A DNA stretch of 64,000 nt from Faecousia sp. (GTDB lineage Bacteria; Bacillota; Clostridia; Oscillospirales; Oscillospiraceae). Below, one piece after another: positions 28,583 through 38,120 of the stretch. The stretch's first letter is position 1. Each line of letters opens with the position of its first letter. The stretch lies in the NCBI GenBank assembly GCA_045580125.1, contig JAZNNE010000022.1:30-64029 (forward strand), read 5' to 3'. The position numbers were made by a program, and so were the translations under genes. The notes under the pieces were generated by a model. That model saw only the letters and a program-made list of their open reading frames with translations. It was not told the DNA's origin and ran no database searches.

Positions 28583-29544
28583 TCCAGCACCTGCTGCACG
28601 TGGGCAGCAACGGTCTGCTCTTTATCGCATAATATGGCGTGAGTGGCGCCCGGCTGCACGATCCGGCGGCACATTTCGCATTTCTCTGCAAATTTCTGCT
28701 GCACCTGATTGCATACGGTTTTGTCGTTTTCTGCGCTGATCATCAAAATCGGCGTGCGGATCTTTTTCAAAAATCTTCTGCTGGTCAGCCTGCCGCGCAA
28801 GCTCACAGACTGCTGTACCCAGCGAATGGTTTGCGGTGTGGTGCAATAGCAGGGGTTCTGGTGCCGCCGTTCCATATTGAGTTGGAAACGGGCACGGCTT
28901 CTGTCGTGGGCGCGCTCAAACGGATAATTGGGATCATATTCACCGGCTGTCCAGCTTTTCTTTTTCCCTCTGCCTGCCAGTATGTGCAATGTCATTGCCC
29001 CATAGGCAATGGGTATCGGTATGCCGTTGGTCAACGGCTGGATCATAGGCGCGGACAGCACCGCCTTTTGGAACGTGTCCGTATGCTCTGCCAGATACTG
29101 AGCTGCCACCGCACCGCCCATAGAATGGGCATACAAATACAGCGGTCCATCGGTAACCGGTCGCACAACATCGCAAATAAACTTGTGCAGATCCTTCCGG
29201 TAATCGGAAAAACGATCCACGTGGATTAGATCAAGTCGCTCCGTAAGTCTGCAGGATCTGCCGTGGCAACGCTGGTCGTAGAGGAATACATCGTAGCCCT
29301 GATTCAGCAAATACCAGGCAAACTCGTGATATTTTTCCGTAAATTCGCTAAGTCCGTGCAGAATGACCACCGCGCCGCGGCTGTCTTCTGCCTGAAAATA
29401 TTCGTAATAGAGCGATGCTCCGTCAAACCCTTCAAAATTGCCCGTCTTCCGGCACTGCAGCAACTGCTGCGTGATGGCAGTCATCTGCTCCCGAAAAGTT
29501 TCCTCGGGCAGAACAGAAAACTGATAACTAGGTTTGATTTTCAC
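28570..29544 (-). CDS. Lysophospholipase L2-like alpha/beta-hydrolase
   Basis: VILHGLSEFTEKY, YDQRCHGRS, YAHSMGG nucleophile elbow, LSAPM, AENDKTV, GATHAI; GTG start 29544 with GAGGTG RBS. Confidence 0.88.
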   Translation of the reverse strand: MKIKPSYQFSVLPEETFREQMTAITQQLLQCRKTGNFEGFDGASLYYEYFQAEDSRGAVVILHGLSEFTEKYHEFAWYLLNQGYDVFLYDQRCHGRSCRLTERLDLIHVDRFSDYRKDLHKFICDVVRPVTDGPLYLYAHSMGGAVAAQYLAEHTDTFQKAVLSAPMIQPLTNGIPIPIAYGAMTLHILAGRGKKKSWTAGEYDPNYPFERAHDRSRARFQLNMERRHQNPCYCTTPQTIRWVQQSVSLRGRLTSRRFLKKIRTPILMISAENDKTVCNQVQQKFAEKCEMCRRIVQPGATHAILCDKEQTVAAHVQQVLDHFC

Positions 29545-29576
29545 AAAATCACCTCTGCTTATAATTTCCAGAAAAG

Positions 29577-30527
29577 TTGGTGATAATCTTGATATCTGCA
29601 AAGAAATCTCGCTTCAAAAGGATATCGGTTATCATTATTGCCATTATTTTCTCTTTTTGTGCCGTTTCTCTGGTGGCAACAAAATTTGTTTACGACAGCA
29701 TTTTTGCCCGCTACGATCAGCCCGCGGACATTCCCCAAGCGCTTAACGCCACTGTGGAGCAGCGGCAAACCTGCCAATTCTCCTCCGGGGAGAATCTGCT
29801 GGCGGGCTATTATTACCGCGCAGCTCAGCCCAACCAAACCAACGCCCTGGTGGTGCTGGTTCCCGGCTTCCACGCCGGCGGGGACGACTATTTGTGGCAG
29901 ATCCACGAACTGCTGGAATACGGCTGGAACGTTTTCACCTTTGATACCACCGGCACGCTTCAATCCCAGGGCGACAGCCAAATCGGCTTTTCCCAATCCC
30001 TGCTGGATCTGGAGGCTGCCTTGGAATATATTCGGAATAACCAAAAATTCGGTCATTCCCAGCTCGTCCTGATGGGACACAGCCGGGGCGCGTATGCCGC
30101 CTGCTGCGCTTTGTCCCGGGAGCAGGATATTGCCGCCGTTGTTTCTGTCAGCGGTGTCAACAGTGCTATGGAGGCCATTATGCAAATGAGCGTCCAGGCG
30201 GTCGGTCCTGTCAGCTACGGTAACTACGGCTTTCTTTGGCTCTATCAGGTCTCCCTGTTCGGCGCCGACACCCTGAATCAGGACGCAGCCCAAGCCATTT
30301 CCGACAGCGACGTGCCTGTGCTTATGATCCACGGCACCCGCGATACGCAAATCCCAATGGACGACAGCTCCATTATTTCCTACAAAGAGCAAATTACCTC
30401 CACCGAGGTAGAATATCTTCTGTGCGATGCCGGGCATACAGATCTGCTGTACGATGCCGACGGCACAGCCAGTGACACACTCATCGCCTACGTTCACGAT
30501 TTCCTGCTTCGCAGCTTAAATAAATAA
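29577..30527 (+). CDS. Membrane-anchored alpha/beta-hydrolase
   Basis: N-terminal TM, VLVPGF, GHSRG elbow, IHGTRD, AGHTD; exact start uncertain. Confidence 0.82.
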   Translation: MVIILISAKKSRFKRISVIIIAIIFSFCAVSLVATKFVYDSIFARYDQPADIPQALNATVEQRQTCQFSSGENLLAGYYYRAAQPNQTNALVVLVPGFHAGGDDYLWQIHELLEYGWNVFTFDTTGTLQSQGDSQIGFSQSLLDLEAALEYIRNNQKFGHSQLVLMGHSRGAYAACCALSREQDIAAVVSVSGVNSAMEAIMQMSVQAVGPVSYGNYGFLWLYQVSLFGADTLNQDAAQAISDSDVPVLMIHGTRDTQIPMDDSSIISYKEQITSTEVEYLLCDAGHTDLLYDADGTASDTLIAYVHDFLLRSLNK

Positions 30528-30550
30528 CAACGAGAGATAAAGAGGTTGTA

Positions 30551-31573
30551 ATGAATGCTATTTTGATACCGGCGTATGAACCGGATGCACAGCTGATCGC
30601 ATTGGCGAAGCAGCTGAAAGAGACAGGCTTCCTTGTGGTCATCGTCGACGACGGCAGCGGTCCTTCCTATCAGGATATTTTCGATGCGGCACGAGAATAT
30701 TCCCATATCCTTACCCACGGCAGAAACCGCGGCAAGGGCGCAGCTCTGAAAACCGGTATGCGCTATATCCGGGACCATCTGCCCCAGGTGGAAAATTTCA
30801 TCACCTGCGACGCCGACGGACAGCACCGTGTAGAGGATGTCCTGCGCGTTGAAAATCAATTAAATGCCGGTCATAAGTTCGTGCTGACGATGCGGCAGCT
30901 GCATAAGGATATTCCTTTGCGCTCCCAGGTGGGCAATTCCATGTCCCGGGTCGTTTATGCGCTGCTGACTAAGCGGTACCTGTCGGACAATCAGTCCGGT
31001 CTTCGCGGCTTCCACCGCTCTCATATCAACTGGATGATAAAGGTGGAAAAGGACAACTACGACTATGAAATGAACGTCCTCTACTATGCCGCCAAGAAGA
31101 GCATCCGCATTTGCACCCTCTCCATTGAAGCTATCTACATCAACAACAATCAGTCTTCGCATTTTCATCCGGTCAAGGATACCCTGCGGATCTACAAAAG
31201 CCTTTTCAAGCTGGCCAGCGGCTTATTTGTTGGATTTTTTGTGGCTGAGCTGTGCATCATTCTCACTTCGATTTTCCTTGGCTATGACCACCTGCTCATT
31301 TCCATTCCCAGTGTCGCACTGATTTCCTATCTTGTCAACATCGGTTTCAGTAAGTATTTTATGTTCCGCAATACCCACTGCCACGATTACCTGACCCTTT
31401 TGATCCACCAGATCATATCTTACATACTCTACACGCTGGGCTGCATCGTATTTTATTACGCCTGTCCCCAGATCCCGCTGTGGCTCAGCTTCAATATCGT
31501 ATTTATGATATGCCTTCCCCTGCGGTATTGGCTGCATAAATTCACCTTTATCGCCCTGCGGACCCACGAATAA
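30551..31573 (+). CDS. GT2 (polyprenyl-phosphate glycosyltransferase-like) fused to a GtrA-like membrane domain
   Basis: ILIPAYEP, VDDGSG, NRGKGAALKTG, CDADGQH, DNQSGLRGF, YEMNVL; four C-terminal TM helices. Confidence 0.85.
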   Translation: MNAILIPAYEPDAQLIALAKQLKETGFLVVIVDDGSGPSYQDIFDAAREYSHILTHGRNRGKGAALKTGMRYIRDHLPQVENFITCDADGQHRVEDVLRVENQLNAGHKFVLTMRQLHKDIPLRSQVGNSMSRVVYALLTKRYLSDNQSGLRGFHRSHINWMIKVEKDNYDYEMNVLYYAAKKSIRICTLSIEAIYINNNQSSHFHPVKDTLRIYKSLFKLASGLFVGFFVAELCIILTSIFLGYDHLLISIPSVALISYLVNIGFSKYFMFRNTHCHDYLTLLIHQIISYILYTLGCIVFYYACPQIPLWLSFNIVFMICLPLRYWLHKFTFIALRTHE

Positions 31574-31601
31574 GCTGCCGCTGGGAAAATTCCATAAAAT
31601 G

Positions 31602-31640
31602 CAAATCGTCAAAACAATGTTTTGACGATTTGTTTTTTAT
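31602..31640. terminator. Bidirectional terminator
   Basis: CAAATCGTCAAAACA-a-TGTTTTGACGATTTG plus a T tract, between convergent genes. Confidence 0.82.
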
Positions 31641-32614
31641 TTGCTTAATTCCTCTGCCACAGCTTGGGTAAAGCCTGCTTTTTCCAGACGGAAGGCTTGC
31701 TCAATGGAAGCAACCACCGTATCCGCATTGGCTTGTCCGTGCATTTTCAGCACAGTTTTCTTCGGTCCCAAGAATGTGGCGGCGCCGCGGGAATTGAAAT
31801 CAAAGGTCTCCAGCAGAGCTTGGCGGCATTTCTCCATTTCCGGCGTGCCGTTACCGATCCGCCGTACAATTTCTGCCGCAGCTTTGCCCACGGACTCTGC
31901 GCATTTCAGCAGGAGATTTCCGCTGAAACCGTCGGTAACGATGACGTCGGCGTAATCGCTGACCAGATCGCAGCCTTCCACATTGCCCACAAAGTTCAGA
32001 TCCAACTGACTGATGCGCTCATGCGCCTGCTGGATCAGGGCTGTTCCCTTTTGCCGTTCCTTGCCCACGCTCATCAAGCCGATCCGCGGACGCGCAATGC
32101 CGCAATAGCATTTTGTAAAGGCGTGACCCATTTTTGCAAACCGGACAAGATCATCCGGCGTACACTCAATATTTGCGCCGCAATCCACAAGACACAGCAA
32201 ATTCTCCCCGTTGCAGGGCAAAGCGCTCAGCAGCGCGGGGAATTTCAGTCCCGGCAGCAGACCCAGCCGGCAGATCGAGCCCACCAGCAGCGCGCCGGTA
32301 TTGCCTGCCGAGAGCATAACGCGGCAATCTGCATCATTTTTCAGGCAGCTGTAGGCCTTGACCATAGTCGTATCCTCAGCGCCGCCAAAAATGCAGGTGG
32401 GCGGGTCTTCGTTGCGGATATACTCGCAGGCATCCACGATCTCATATCGGGACGGATCGATACCGCGCTGCGTCATGATCTTCTGCAGCGCCTGCTCCGG
32501 TCCAATCAGAACCGGAAAGATATCCAAACCCTTTTCCAGCGCCATTGCCGCGCCGGTTACAATAGGTTCATAGCCGGCATCTGCACCCAGGGTGTCAATA
32601 ACGATCTTTGTCAT
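31637..32614 (-). CDS. plsX: Phosphate acyltransferase (acyl-ACP:phosphate transacylase)
   Basis: IVIDTLGAD, SAGNTGAL, DCGANIEC, GNVEG, DVIVTDGFSGNLLLK, GAATFLG, KMHG. Confidence 0.9.
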   Translation of the reverse strand: MTKIVIDTLGADAGYEPIVTGAAMALEKGLDIFPVLIGPEQALQKIMTQRGIDPSRYEIVDACEYIRNEDPPTCIFGGAEDTTMVKAYSCLKNDADCRVMLSAGNTGALLVGSICRLGLLPGLKFPALLSALPCNGENLLCLVDCGANIECTPDDLVRFAKMGHAFTKCYCGIARPRIGLMSVGKERQKGTALIQQAHERISQLDLNFVGNVEGCDLVSDYADVIVTDGFSGNLLLKCAESVGKAAAEIVRRIGNGTPEMEKCRQALLETFDFNSRGAATFLGPKKTVLKMHGQANADTVVASIEQAFRLEKAGFTQAVAEELSK

Positions 32615-32619
32615 AGTGC

Positions 32620-34257
32620 TTACTCCAAAGAAATAATGAAGTCATAAACGCCCTGCTTGCCGTCTACAAAGCCGGTATCCACCAGAGGATATTCCGTCTG
32701 CATAAACGCCTGCAGCTGCTGCGCCTCATCTTCGGACACACTTTCTCCATAGAAGACGATGACAACATCCTTCGGTTCCGCAGTCATCAGCTTGGTGATC
32801 AGCGCCTTGGCCGTTTCCAGATTGCTGCTGCCGGTGGAGAGTACGTGATGCCCGTCCAGACCGATATAGTCGCCCTTTTTGATATTGATGCCGTCCAGAT
32901 GCGCATCACGGACAGCGGTGGTTACGTATCCGGTGGTAACCTGACCCAGGTTCATAGACATATCTTCCACCAGTTCTTCCACCGTATCGCTCCACAGATT
33001 CATCATAGAAAGTGCAGAATAGCCCTCAGCAATGGACTTCGTGGGGATCACCCGCACATCGGAATCGGTATAGGCGTCTGCAGCCTGATTGGCTGTCAGA
33101 ACGATATTGGAGTTGTTGGGCAGCACCACAATATGCTCCGCATTGACGCTTTTGAACGCGTCCAAAAATGCGTTTACGGAAGGATTGTTGGTCTGACCGC
33201 CGTCAATGATGTATGTGGCGCCGATTTCACGGAAATAGTCCTGAATGCCCGCGCCGGATGCCACGGCAACAACTGCGTATTTTTCTTTCTTGCGCTCGAC
33301 CTGATTCTGGCTGTGCTGGACAGACATATTTTCGATCTTGACGCTGACGAACTCGCCAAACTGTCTTCCATAGCCCAGAACTTCTTCCGGAGCGAAGGTA
33401 TGGATATGGATCTTGACAATGCCGTCGTTATGGACGGAAACGATCGAATCGCCCATTGCCTCCAAAGGCTTGGTAAAGCTCTGCAGATCAAATGCAGCCA
33501 AGTCGGTTTTGTAGTTCATCAGCTGCAGCACAAACTCCGTGCAGTAGCCGTATTCCAGCCGGGTATCCGGACCGAAATCGCTGTCGCAGGCAGCAGGTGC
33601 CGACCAATCCGCAACATCTGTGCTGTCTGTAATTTCTTCGCCGTGCAGGCAGGCGCAAATACCCTCGACAAAGCACACCAGTCCTGCACCGCCGCTGTCA
33701 ACCACATTGGCCTCTTTCAGCACCGGCAGCAATTCCGGTGTTCTTTTCAGCGTAGCGGTCATCACATCCCGCAGGGCATCAAAGCCCTCTTCAAAAGAGC
33801 TGAAGGAGGTTGCATTGTCTGCCAGATATTCCGAAGCTTCCCGGATAACTGTCAGAATTGTGCCTTCTGTGGGGGTGATAATGGAATGATATGCGTCCTC
33901 AGTAGCGCAGGCAAAGGCTTGCGCCATATCCGCAAAGGTTACAGTCTCTTTTTCAGAAAAGCCGCGGTAAAGGCCGTGAACAAACTGGGAGAAAATCACG
34001 CCCGAATTGCCTCTTGCAGACAGCAGAATGCCTTTGGACAGGCCTTTCATATACTGCCCGACGTTGGTCTGCTCCGGGTCGGCAGCCTTAAGACCGCCAC
34101 CGAAGGTCATCGCCATATTGGCACCCGTATCGCCATCCGGTACAGGGAACACATTCAGGTTGTTGATCGTCTCCATATTTCTCGTCAAGTTGCTGTATCC
34201 GCTGAGAAACAGCTTGTGAAGACCGATACCGTCCAACGAATTTGACATATTACTCAT
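32620..34257 (-). CDS. fakA: DAK2-domain fatty acid kinase catalytic subunit
   Basis: INNLNVFPVPDGDTGANM, ARGNSGVIFSQ, EGTILTV, VDSGGAG, YGYCTEF, KIHIHT, GGQTNNPS. Confidence 0.95.
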   Translation of the reverse strand: MSNMSNSLDGIGLHKLFLSGYSNLTRNMETINNLNVFPVPDGDTGANMAMTFGGGLKAADPEQTNVGQYMKGLSKGILLSARGNSGVIFSQFVHGLYRGFSEKETVTFADMAQAFACATEDAYHSIITPTEGTILTVIREASEYLADNATSFSSFEEGFDALRDVMTATLKRTPELLPVLKEANVVDSGGAGLVCFVEGICACLHGEEITDSTDVADWSAPAACDSDFGPDTRLEYGYCTEFVLQLMNYKTDLAAFDLQSFTKPLEAMGDSIVSVHNDGIVKIHIHTFAPEEVLGYGRQFGEFVSVKIENMSVQHSQNQVERKKEKYAVVAVASGAGIQDYFREIGATYIIDGGQTNNPSVNAFLDAFKSVNAEHIVVLPNNSNIVLTANQAADAYTDSDVRVIPTKSIAEGYSALSMMNLWSDTVEELVEDMSMNLGQVTTGYVTTAVRDAHLDGINIKKGDYIGLDGHHVLSTGSSNLETAKALITKLMTAEPKDVVIVFYGESVSEDEAQQLQAFMQTEYPLVDTGFVDGKQGVYDFIISLE

Positions 34258-35137
34258 TTCCTTCGATCAGTACTTCTTTTCCGTAGCTAAACGCGACGAC
34301 TGTGCCGGGACCAACGGAAGCGCCAACAATGGGTCCGATGGCGCTGATATAAACCTGCTTAAACGGAGCCAGCTTCAGGATCTCAGCCTTCAGCAGTTCC
34401 GCCTCTTCCAGGCAATCCGCATGGGTGATCAGCAGCTCGTTGTAGGTGCCGTCGGCGGCATCTACGATATGCTCAGCAATTGCTGTGCGGGCATTGGCAG
34501 CGCCCTTTGCCTTCTTGTGCGCATAGTTCTGACCCTTCCGGTCGGAAATGATCAGGGGCTTAACGCCGAACAGATTGCCGAAAAATGCCTTGGAGGCCTT
34601 AACGCGACCTGCACGTCGCAGATATTCCAGAGAAGCAACCGTGCCGCACTGATTGACGCACAGCTTGATGCTTTCAATGTACTCCGCAGTTTCCGCAGCG
34701 CTCAAACCGGCGGAACGCTTCCGGGATGCTTCCATCACCAGATAGCCCTGACCCAGAGAGCTGATCAGAGAGTCGATGCAGTAAATACCGGCATCGGGAT
34801 ATTCCGCTGCCATCTCCTGTGCCACCAGACGGGCTGCATTGATCGAAGCGGACAGAGCAGAGGAGCAGGAAATATACACAATATCCTTACCTGCATCCAA
34901 CGCACTCTTAAATGCATTGTAGTAAGCGTCCTTGGGAACCTGGGTGGTGAAAACCCGCTTGCCGTTGCGCATCAGATCGTAAAAGTCCTTAACTGTGTGA
35001 GACTCCCAGTCCAGAGAAGCCTTATACTCCGTGCCGTCCACAACATAATTCATTGGGACATATTCTACACCATACTCCTGACGCATCTGCAGCGGCAGAT
35101 CACAAGTAGAATCGGAATAAATAACAAATTCTCTCAT
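34250..35137 (-). CDS. fakB: DegV-family fatty acid binding subunit
   Basis: SDSTCDLP, FTTQV, CSSALSAS, IDSL, LEYLRRAGRV, GPIVGASVGPG. Confidence 0.92.
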   Translation of the reverse strand: MREFVIYSDSTCDLPLQMRQEYGVEYVPMNYVVDGTEYKASLDWESHTVKDFYDLMRNGKRVFTTQVPKDAYYNAFKSALDAGKDIVYISCSSALSASINAARLVAQEMAAEYPDAGIYCIDSLISSLGQGYLVMEASRKRSAGLSAAETAEYIESIKLCVNQCGTVASLEYLRRAGRVKASKAFFGNLFGVKPLIISDRKGQNYAHKKAKGAANARTAIAEHIVDAADGTYNELLITHADCLEEAELLKAEILKLAPFKQVYISAIGPIVGASVGPGTVVAFSYGKEVLIEGNE

Positions 35138-35149
35138 ACTAAAATCTCC

Positions 35150-36091
35150 TTATTTTTTCTGAGCACTGATAATGCTGTCCATCAGTGCCTGTTCATATTT
35201 CATATCCTCGCTGATTTCCTTGCCCCAGTAAAATGCTGCGCACAAACCGGGACCGATGGAAGCACCGCAGGACATACCAACGTGGTTAATAATAATTTCC
35301 TTGGGAGAAAACTCCTCCTGAATACGCTGAGCAAGCACCTCTGCCGACTTTTCCCGATCGGAATGGGCTACAAAAATGATCTGCTCGCCGGGATTTTCGA
35401 TGGTGCCCTTCATATATTCAATTACGGCGTCAAAGGCATTCTTCTTGCCCTTAAACTTTCCCAGCACCTGAGACAGTCCCTTGCGGTTAAAGTCCGCCAT
35501 AGGGTTAACGCCGATCAGGGTGCCGAAGAACGCCTTGAAATTGGAGATACGGCCGGTCTTCACCAGGAAGAACAAGTCGTCCATCGGACCGATCTGGTGC
35601 ACGCGGTGCTTATTCGCCTCCACATACGCCGCCGTCTCTTCCAGAGAACAGCCTTCCTGCTGCAGCTGCGCAGCCTTTACCACCAGAAGCGTCAGAGCCG
35701 TGGAATACCGCAGCGAATCCACAATAACGATCTTGCGCTGGGGATACTTTTCCAGCAGCTCCTGGGCAACACCGTGGCAAACCTGATTGGTGCCGGACAA
35801 GGCAGAGGAAAGTGTGATCGCCAGGATATCCTTGCCTTCTTTCAGGAAGTGCTCATAGACGGAGAATACCTCGCCTCTTTGTGCGCTGGCCGTCTTATAC
35901 GGAGCTCTCCGACCGGACATAGATTTATAGTATGTTGTGGGATCGAGCAGTTCCCAGTCCAGATCTGCCAGATACTCTTTGCCATCCTGCAAATAAATCG
36001 TTCCGTGAATATATCCGGGCACGCCAAAGCGTTCCCGCAGTTCTTTGGTCATATCAGATGATGCATCGGGGATAATCACAAAATCAGACAT
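35150..36091 (-). CDS. fakB: DegV-family fatty acid binding subunit (second copy)
   Basis: PDASSDM, YKTAS, LSSALSGT, VDSLRYS, LVKTGRI, SIGPG; true start 36091. Confidence 0.92.
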   Translation of the reverse strand: MSDFVIIPDASSDMTKELRERFGVPGYIHGTIYLQDGKEYLADLDWELLDPTTYYKSMSGRRAPYKTASAQRGEVFSVYEHFLKEGKDILAITLSSALSGTNQVCHGVAQELLEKYPQRKIVIVDSLRYSTALTLLVVKAAQLQQEGCSLEETAAYVEANKHRVHQIGPMDDLFFLVKTGRISNFKAFFGTLIGVNPMADFNRKGLSQVLGKFKGKKNAFDAVIEYMKGTIENPGEQIIFVAHSDREKSAEVLAQRIQEEFSPKEIIINHVGMSCGASIGPGLCAAFYWGKEISEDMKYEQALMDSIISAQKK

Positions 36092-36145
36092 TGAACTCAG
36101 CCCTTTCTTGTTTGTGTTCACAATGTGTTCATAAGCATCTGTGTA

Positions 36146-36174
36146 ATAATACCACACTCTCCCTTTCTTTTCAA
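36146..36174 (-). promoter_or_regulatory. sigmaA promoter of the fakB-fakB-fakA-plsX operon
   Basis: TTGAAA-17 bp-TATTAT with TGG extension. Confidence 0.72.
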
Positions 36175-36279
36175 CATCTTTTTCATTTTTTCGACGTTTT
36201 GCGACAAAAAACAGATGCATTTTTCCAAAAGCTGTGATATAATGTTTTATCGATATATTAATGTTTTTGGGAGGCACTT

Positions 36280-37236
36280 ATGGAGTACCTGATTCCCCTG
36301 GCTATCGCGCTGGCTGTTTTGCTGTCAGGTGGCCTGATTTTTATGCTGATTTACACATATCCCATCTCGAAACGGGTCTACGAAGACCAGCTGGTACGCA
36401 CATCCCCGGAAAAGTGGGGCTACGCCTGCACCTTCCCTGACGATGCTGAGCAAGTGCAAATGTGGCACGACGGCATTGCGTGGATGGAACAAAACCGGGA
36501 TCGCATTACCGAGCTGCAAATCGAAAACGAAGGTCTGCAGCTGTTTGGTCAGTATTTTGACTTTGGCGCGGATCGCTGCGTGATCATTCTGCCCGGTCGC
36601 TGCGAAAGCCTGATTTACTCCTACTATTTTGCGCCCCCTTATGAAAAGGCCGGCTTCAACGTTCTCGTGATCGATACGCGCTGCCACGGCAGAAGCGACG
36701 GCAAATACAACACCATCGGTCTGCAGGAAAGCAAGGATGTCCTGGCCTGGGCAAAGCTCGCCCACGAACAGTTCGGCAATCAGGAGATCTACTTCCACGG
36801 CATCTGCATCGGCACCTCCTCGGGTCTGTTTGCCCTGACCTCCAAAAATAGCCCCAGCTATCTGCGGGGTCTGGTCACGGAAGGCTGCTACGTTTCCTTC
36901 CCTGAAACCTTCAAGCGCCATATGATGGCGCTGAAGCGCCCGCTGTTCCCGGTGCTGCAGCTGGTTATGATGCATATCTATCGCCACACCGGCACCAATG
37001 TCTACCGCTACAAGCCCATTTCCGCTATTCGCCGGCTGAAGCCCGACTGCCGTGTTCTATTCTTATACGGCGAGCAGGACATCTTTTCCATTCCGGCGAA
37101 AAGCCGCAAATTATTCGCCGCCTGCTCCTCTCAGGACAAGAAGCTGATTTGGTTCAGCCGCGGCGGCCATTCCCATCTGCGTATCAACAACACCGAAGCC
37201 TACGACCGGGCAATTATTGATTTTTTAGGGAAATAA
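36280..37236 (+). CDS. Membrane-anchored alpha/beta-hydrolase with a Cys at the nucleophile elbow
   Basis: N-terminal TM, IILPG, IDTRCHGRSDG, FHGICIG, YGEQD, GGHSH. Confidence 0.8.
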   Translation: MEYLIPLAIALAVLLSGGLIFMLIYTYPISKRVYEDQLVRTSPEKWGYACTFPDDAEQVQMWHDGIAWMEQNRDRITELQIENEGLQLFGQYFDFGADRCVIILPGRCESLIYSYYFAPPYEKAGFNVLVIDTRCHGRSDGKYNTIGLQESKDVLAWAKLAHEQFGNQEIYFHGICIGTSSGLFALTSKNSPSYLRGLVTEGCYVSFPETFKRHMMALKRPLFPVLQLVMMHIYRHTGTNVYRYKPISAIRRLKPDCRVLFLYGEQDIFSIPAKSRKLFAACSSQDKKLIWFSRGGHSHLRINNTEAYDRAIIDFLGK

Positions 37237-37240
37237 CTGT

Positions 37241-38107
37241 ATGACACGAAAGAAGTACGCCGTCTTTACCATGGATGTGGAAAGCTTTGCCGATACCGAA
37301 TGTATCCGCAACTCTGGCATTCAGATAGAAGATGACCTGATCGACGGCTTGGACGAGTATATCCGCATATTGGACGATCACGGCATCAAGGGCACCTTGT
37401 TCACCGTAGGTGATTTTGCTCCGAAAATCGCCGACACCCTCCGGCGCCACATCGCCAACGGGCACTCCCTTGCGCTGCACAGCTATACCCATATTCCCCC
37501 TATGTCCATCCCTCTGGATCAATTCCGCGAAAACACCCTCCGGGCCAAAGAGCGAATGAAGGAGCTTTTCGATATTGATGTTGTGGGCTTTCGCGCTCCC
37601 TGCTTCAGCATCGACAGAGACCGGCTGAACGTGCTGGAGGAGCTGGGTTTTCTTTACGACTCCAGTCACCTGGACTATCTGCCCGCTCAGCATACTGTAA
37701 AGCTGGATCTGGAGGATTTTCAGCCGGTGCGCGGCAGCATATTCCGCAAGCAGGATTTCTACGAGTTCGGTCTGTCCAAAGGCCGGGTATTCGGCAAGCC
37801 CTTCCCGGTTTCCGGCGGCGGCTATGTCCGGCTCAATCGCTGGGGCATCGTAAAAACAATGATCAACCATTGTATCCACGACAACGATTACTATGTGTTT
37901 TACCTGCATCCGTTTGAGCTGACAAAACACAAAATTCCCCTTTTCAAAGAACTCAAGGCCTATGACAAATATTACATCAGCCAAGGCATTCGCAGCTATC
38001 AGCGCCGTATTGAGCATATCATCCGGATGCTCAAAAACGACAATTATGAATTTGTTACCTTTGAGCAGCTGGTACGCATTTTGAACCGCGAACAAGAAAA
38101 TGCATAA
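37241..38107 (+). CDS. Polysaccharide deacetylase (CE4/NodB type with DUF3473-like C-terminus)
   Basis: FTMDVE, GTLFTVG, ALHSYTH, GFRAPCFS, YDSS, SGGGYVR, FYLHPFE. Confidence 0.88.
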   Translation: MTRKKYAVFTMDVESFADTECIRNSGIQIEDDLIDGLDEYIRILDDHGIKGTLFTVGDFAPKIADTLRRHIANGHSLALHSYTHIPPMSIPLDQFRENTLRAKERMKELFDIDVVGFRAPCFSIDRDRLNVLEELGFLYDSSHLDYLPAQHTVKLDLEDFQPVRGSIFRKQDFYEFGLSKGRVFGKPFPVSGGGYVRLNRWGIVKTMINHCIHDNDYYVFYLHPFELTKHKIPLFKELKAYDKYYISQGIRSYQRRIEHIIRMLKNDNYEFVTFEQLVRILNREQENA

Positions 38108-38120
38108 AGGAGGTATACCG

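Noticed and set aside
32845-36061. Long plus-strand ORFs (466 aa and 546 aa)
   Set aside because: Antisense to fakA and the two degV genes, which carry clear family motifs.
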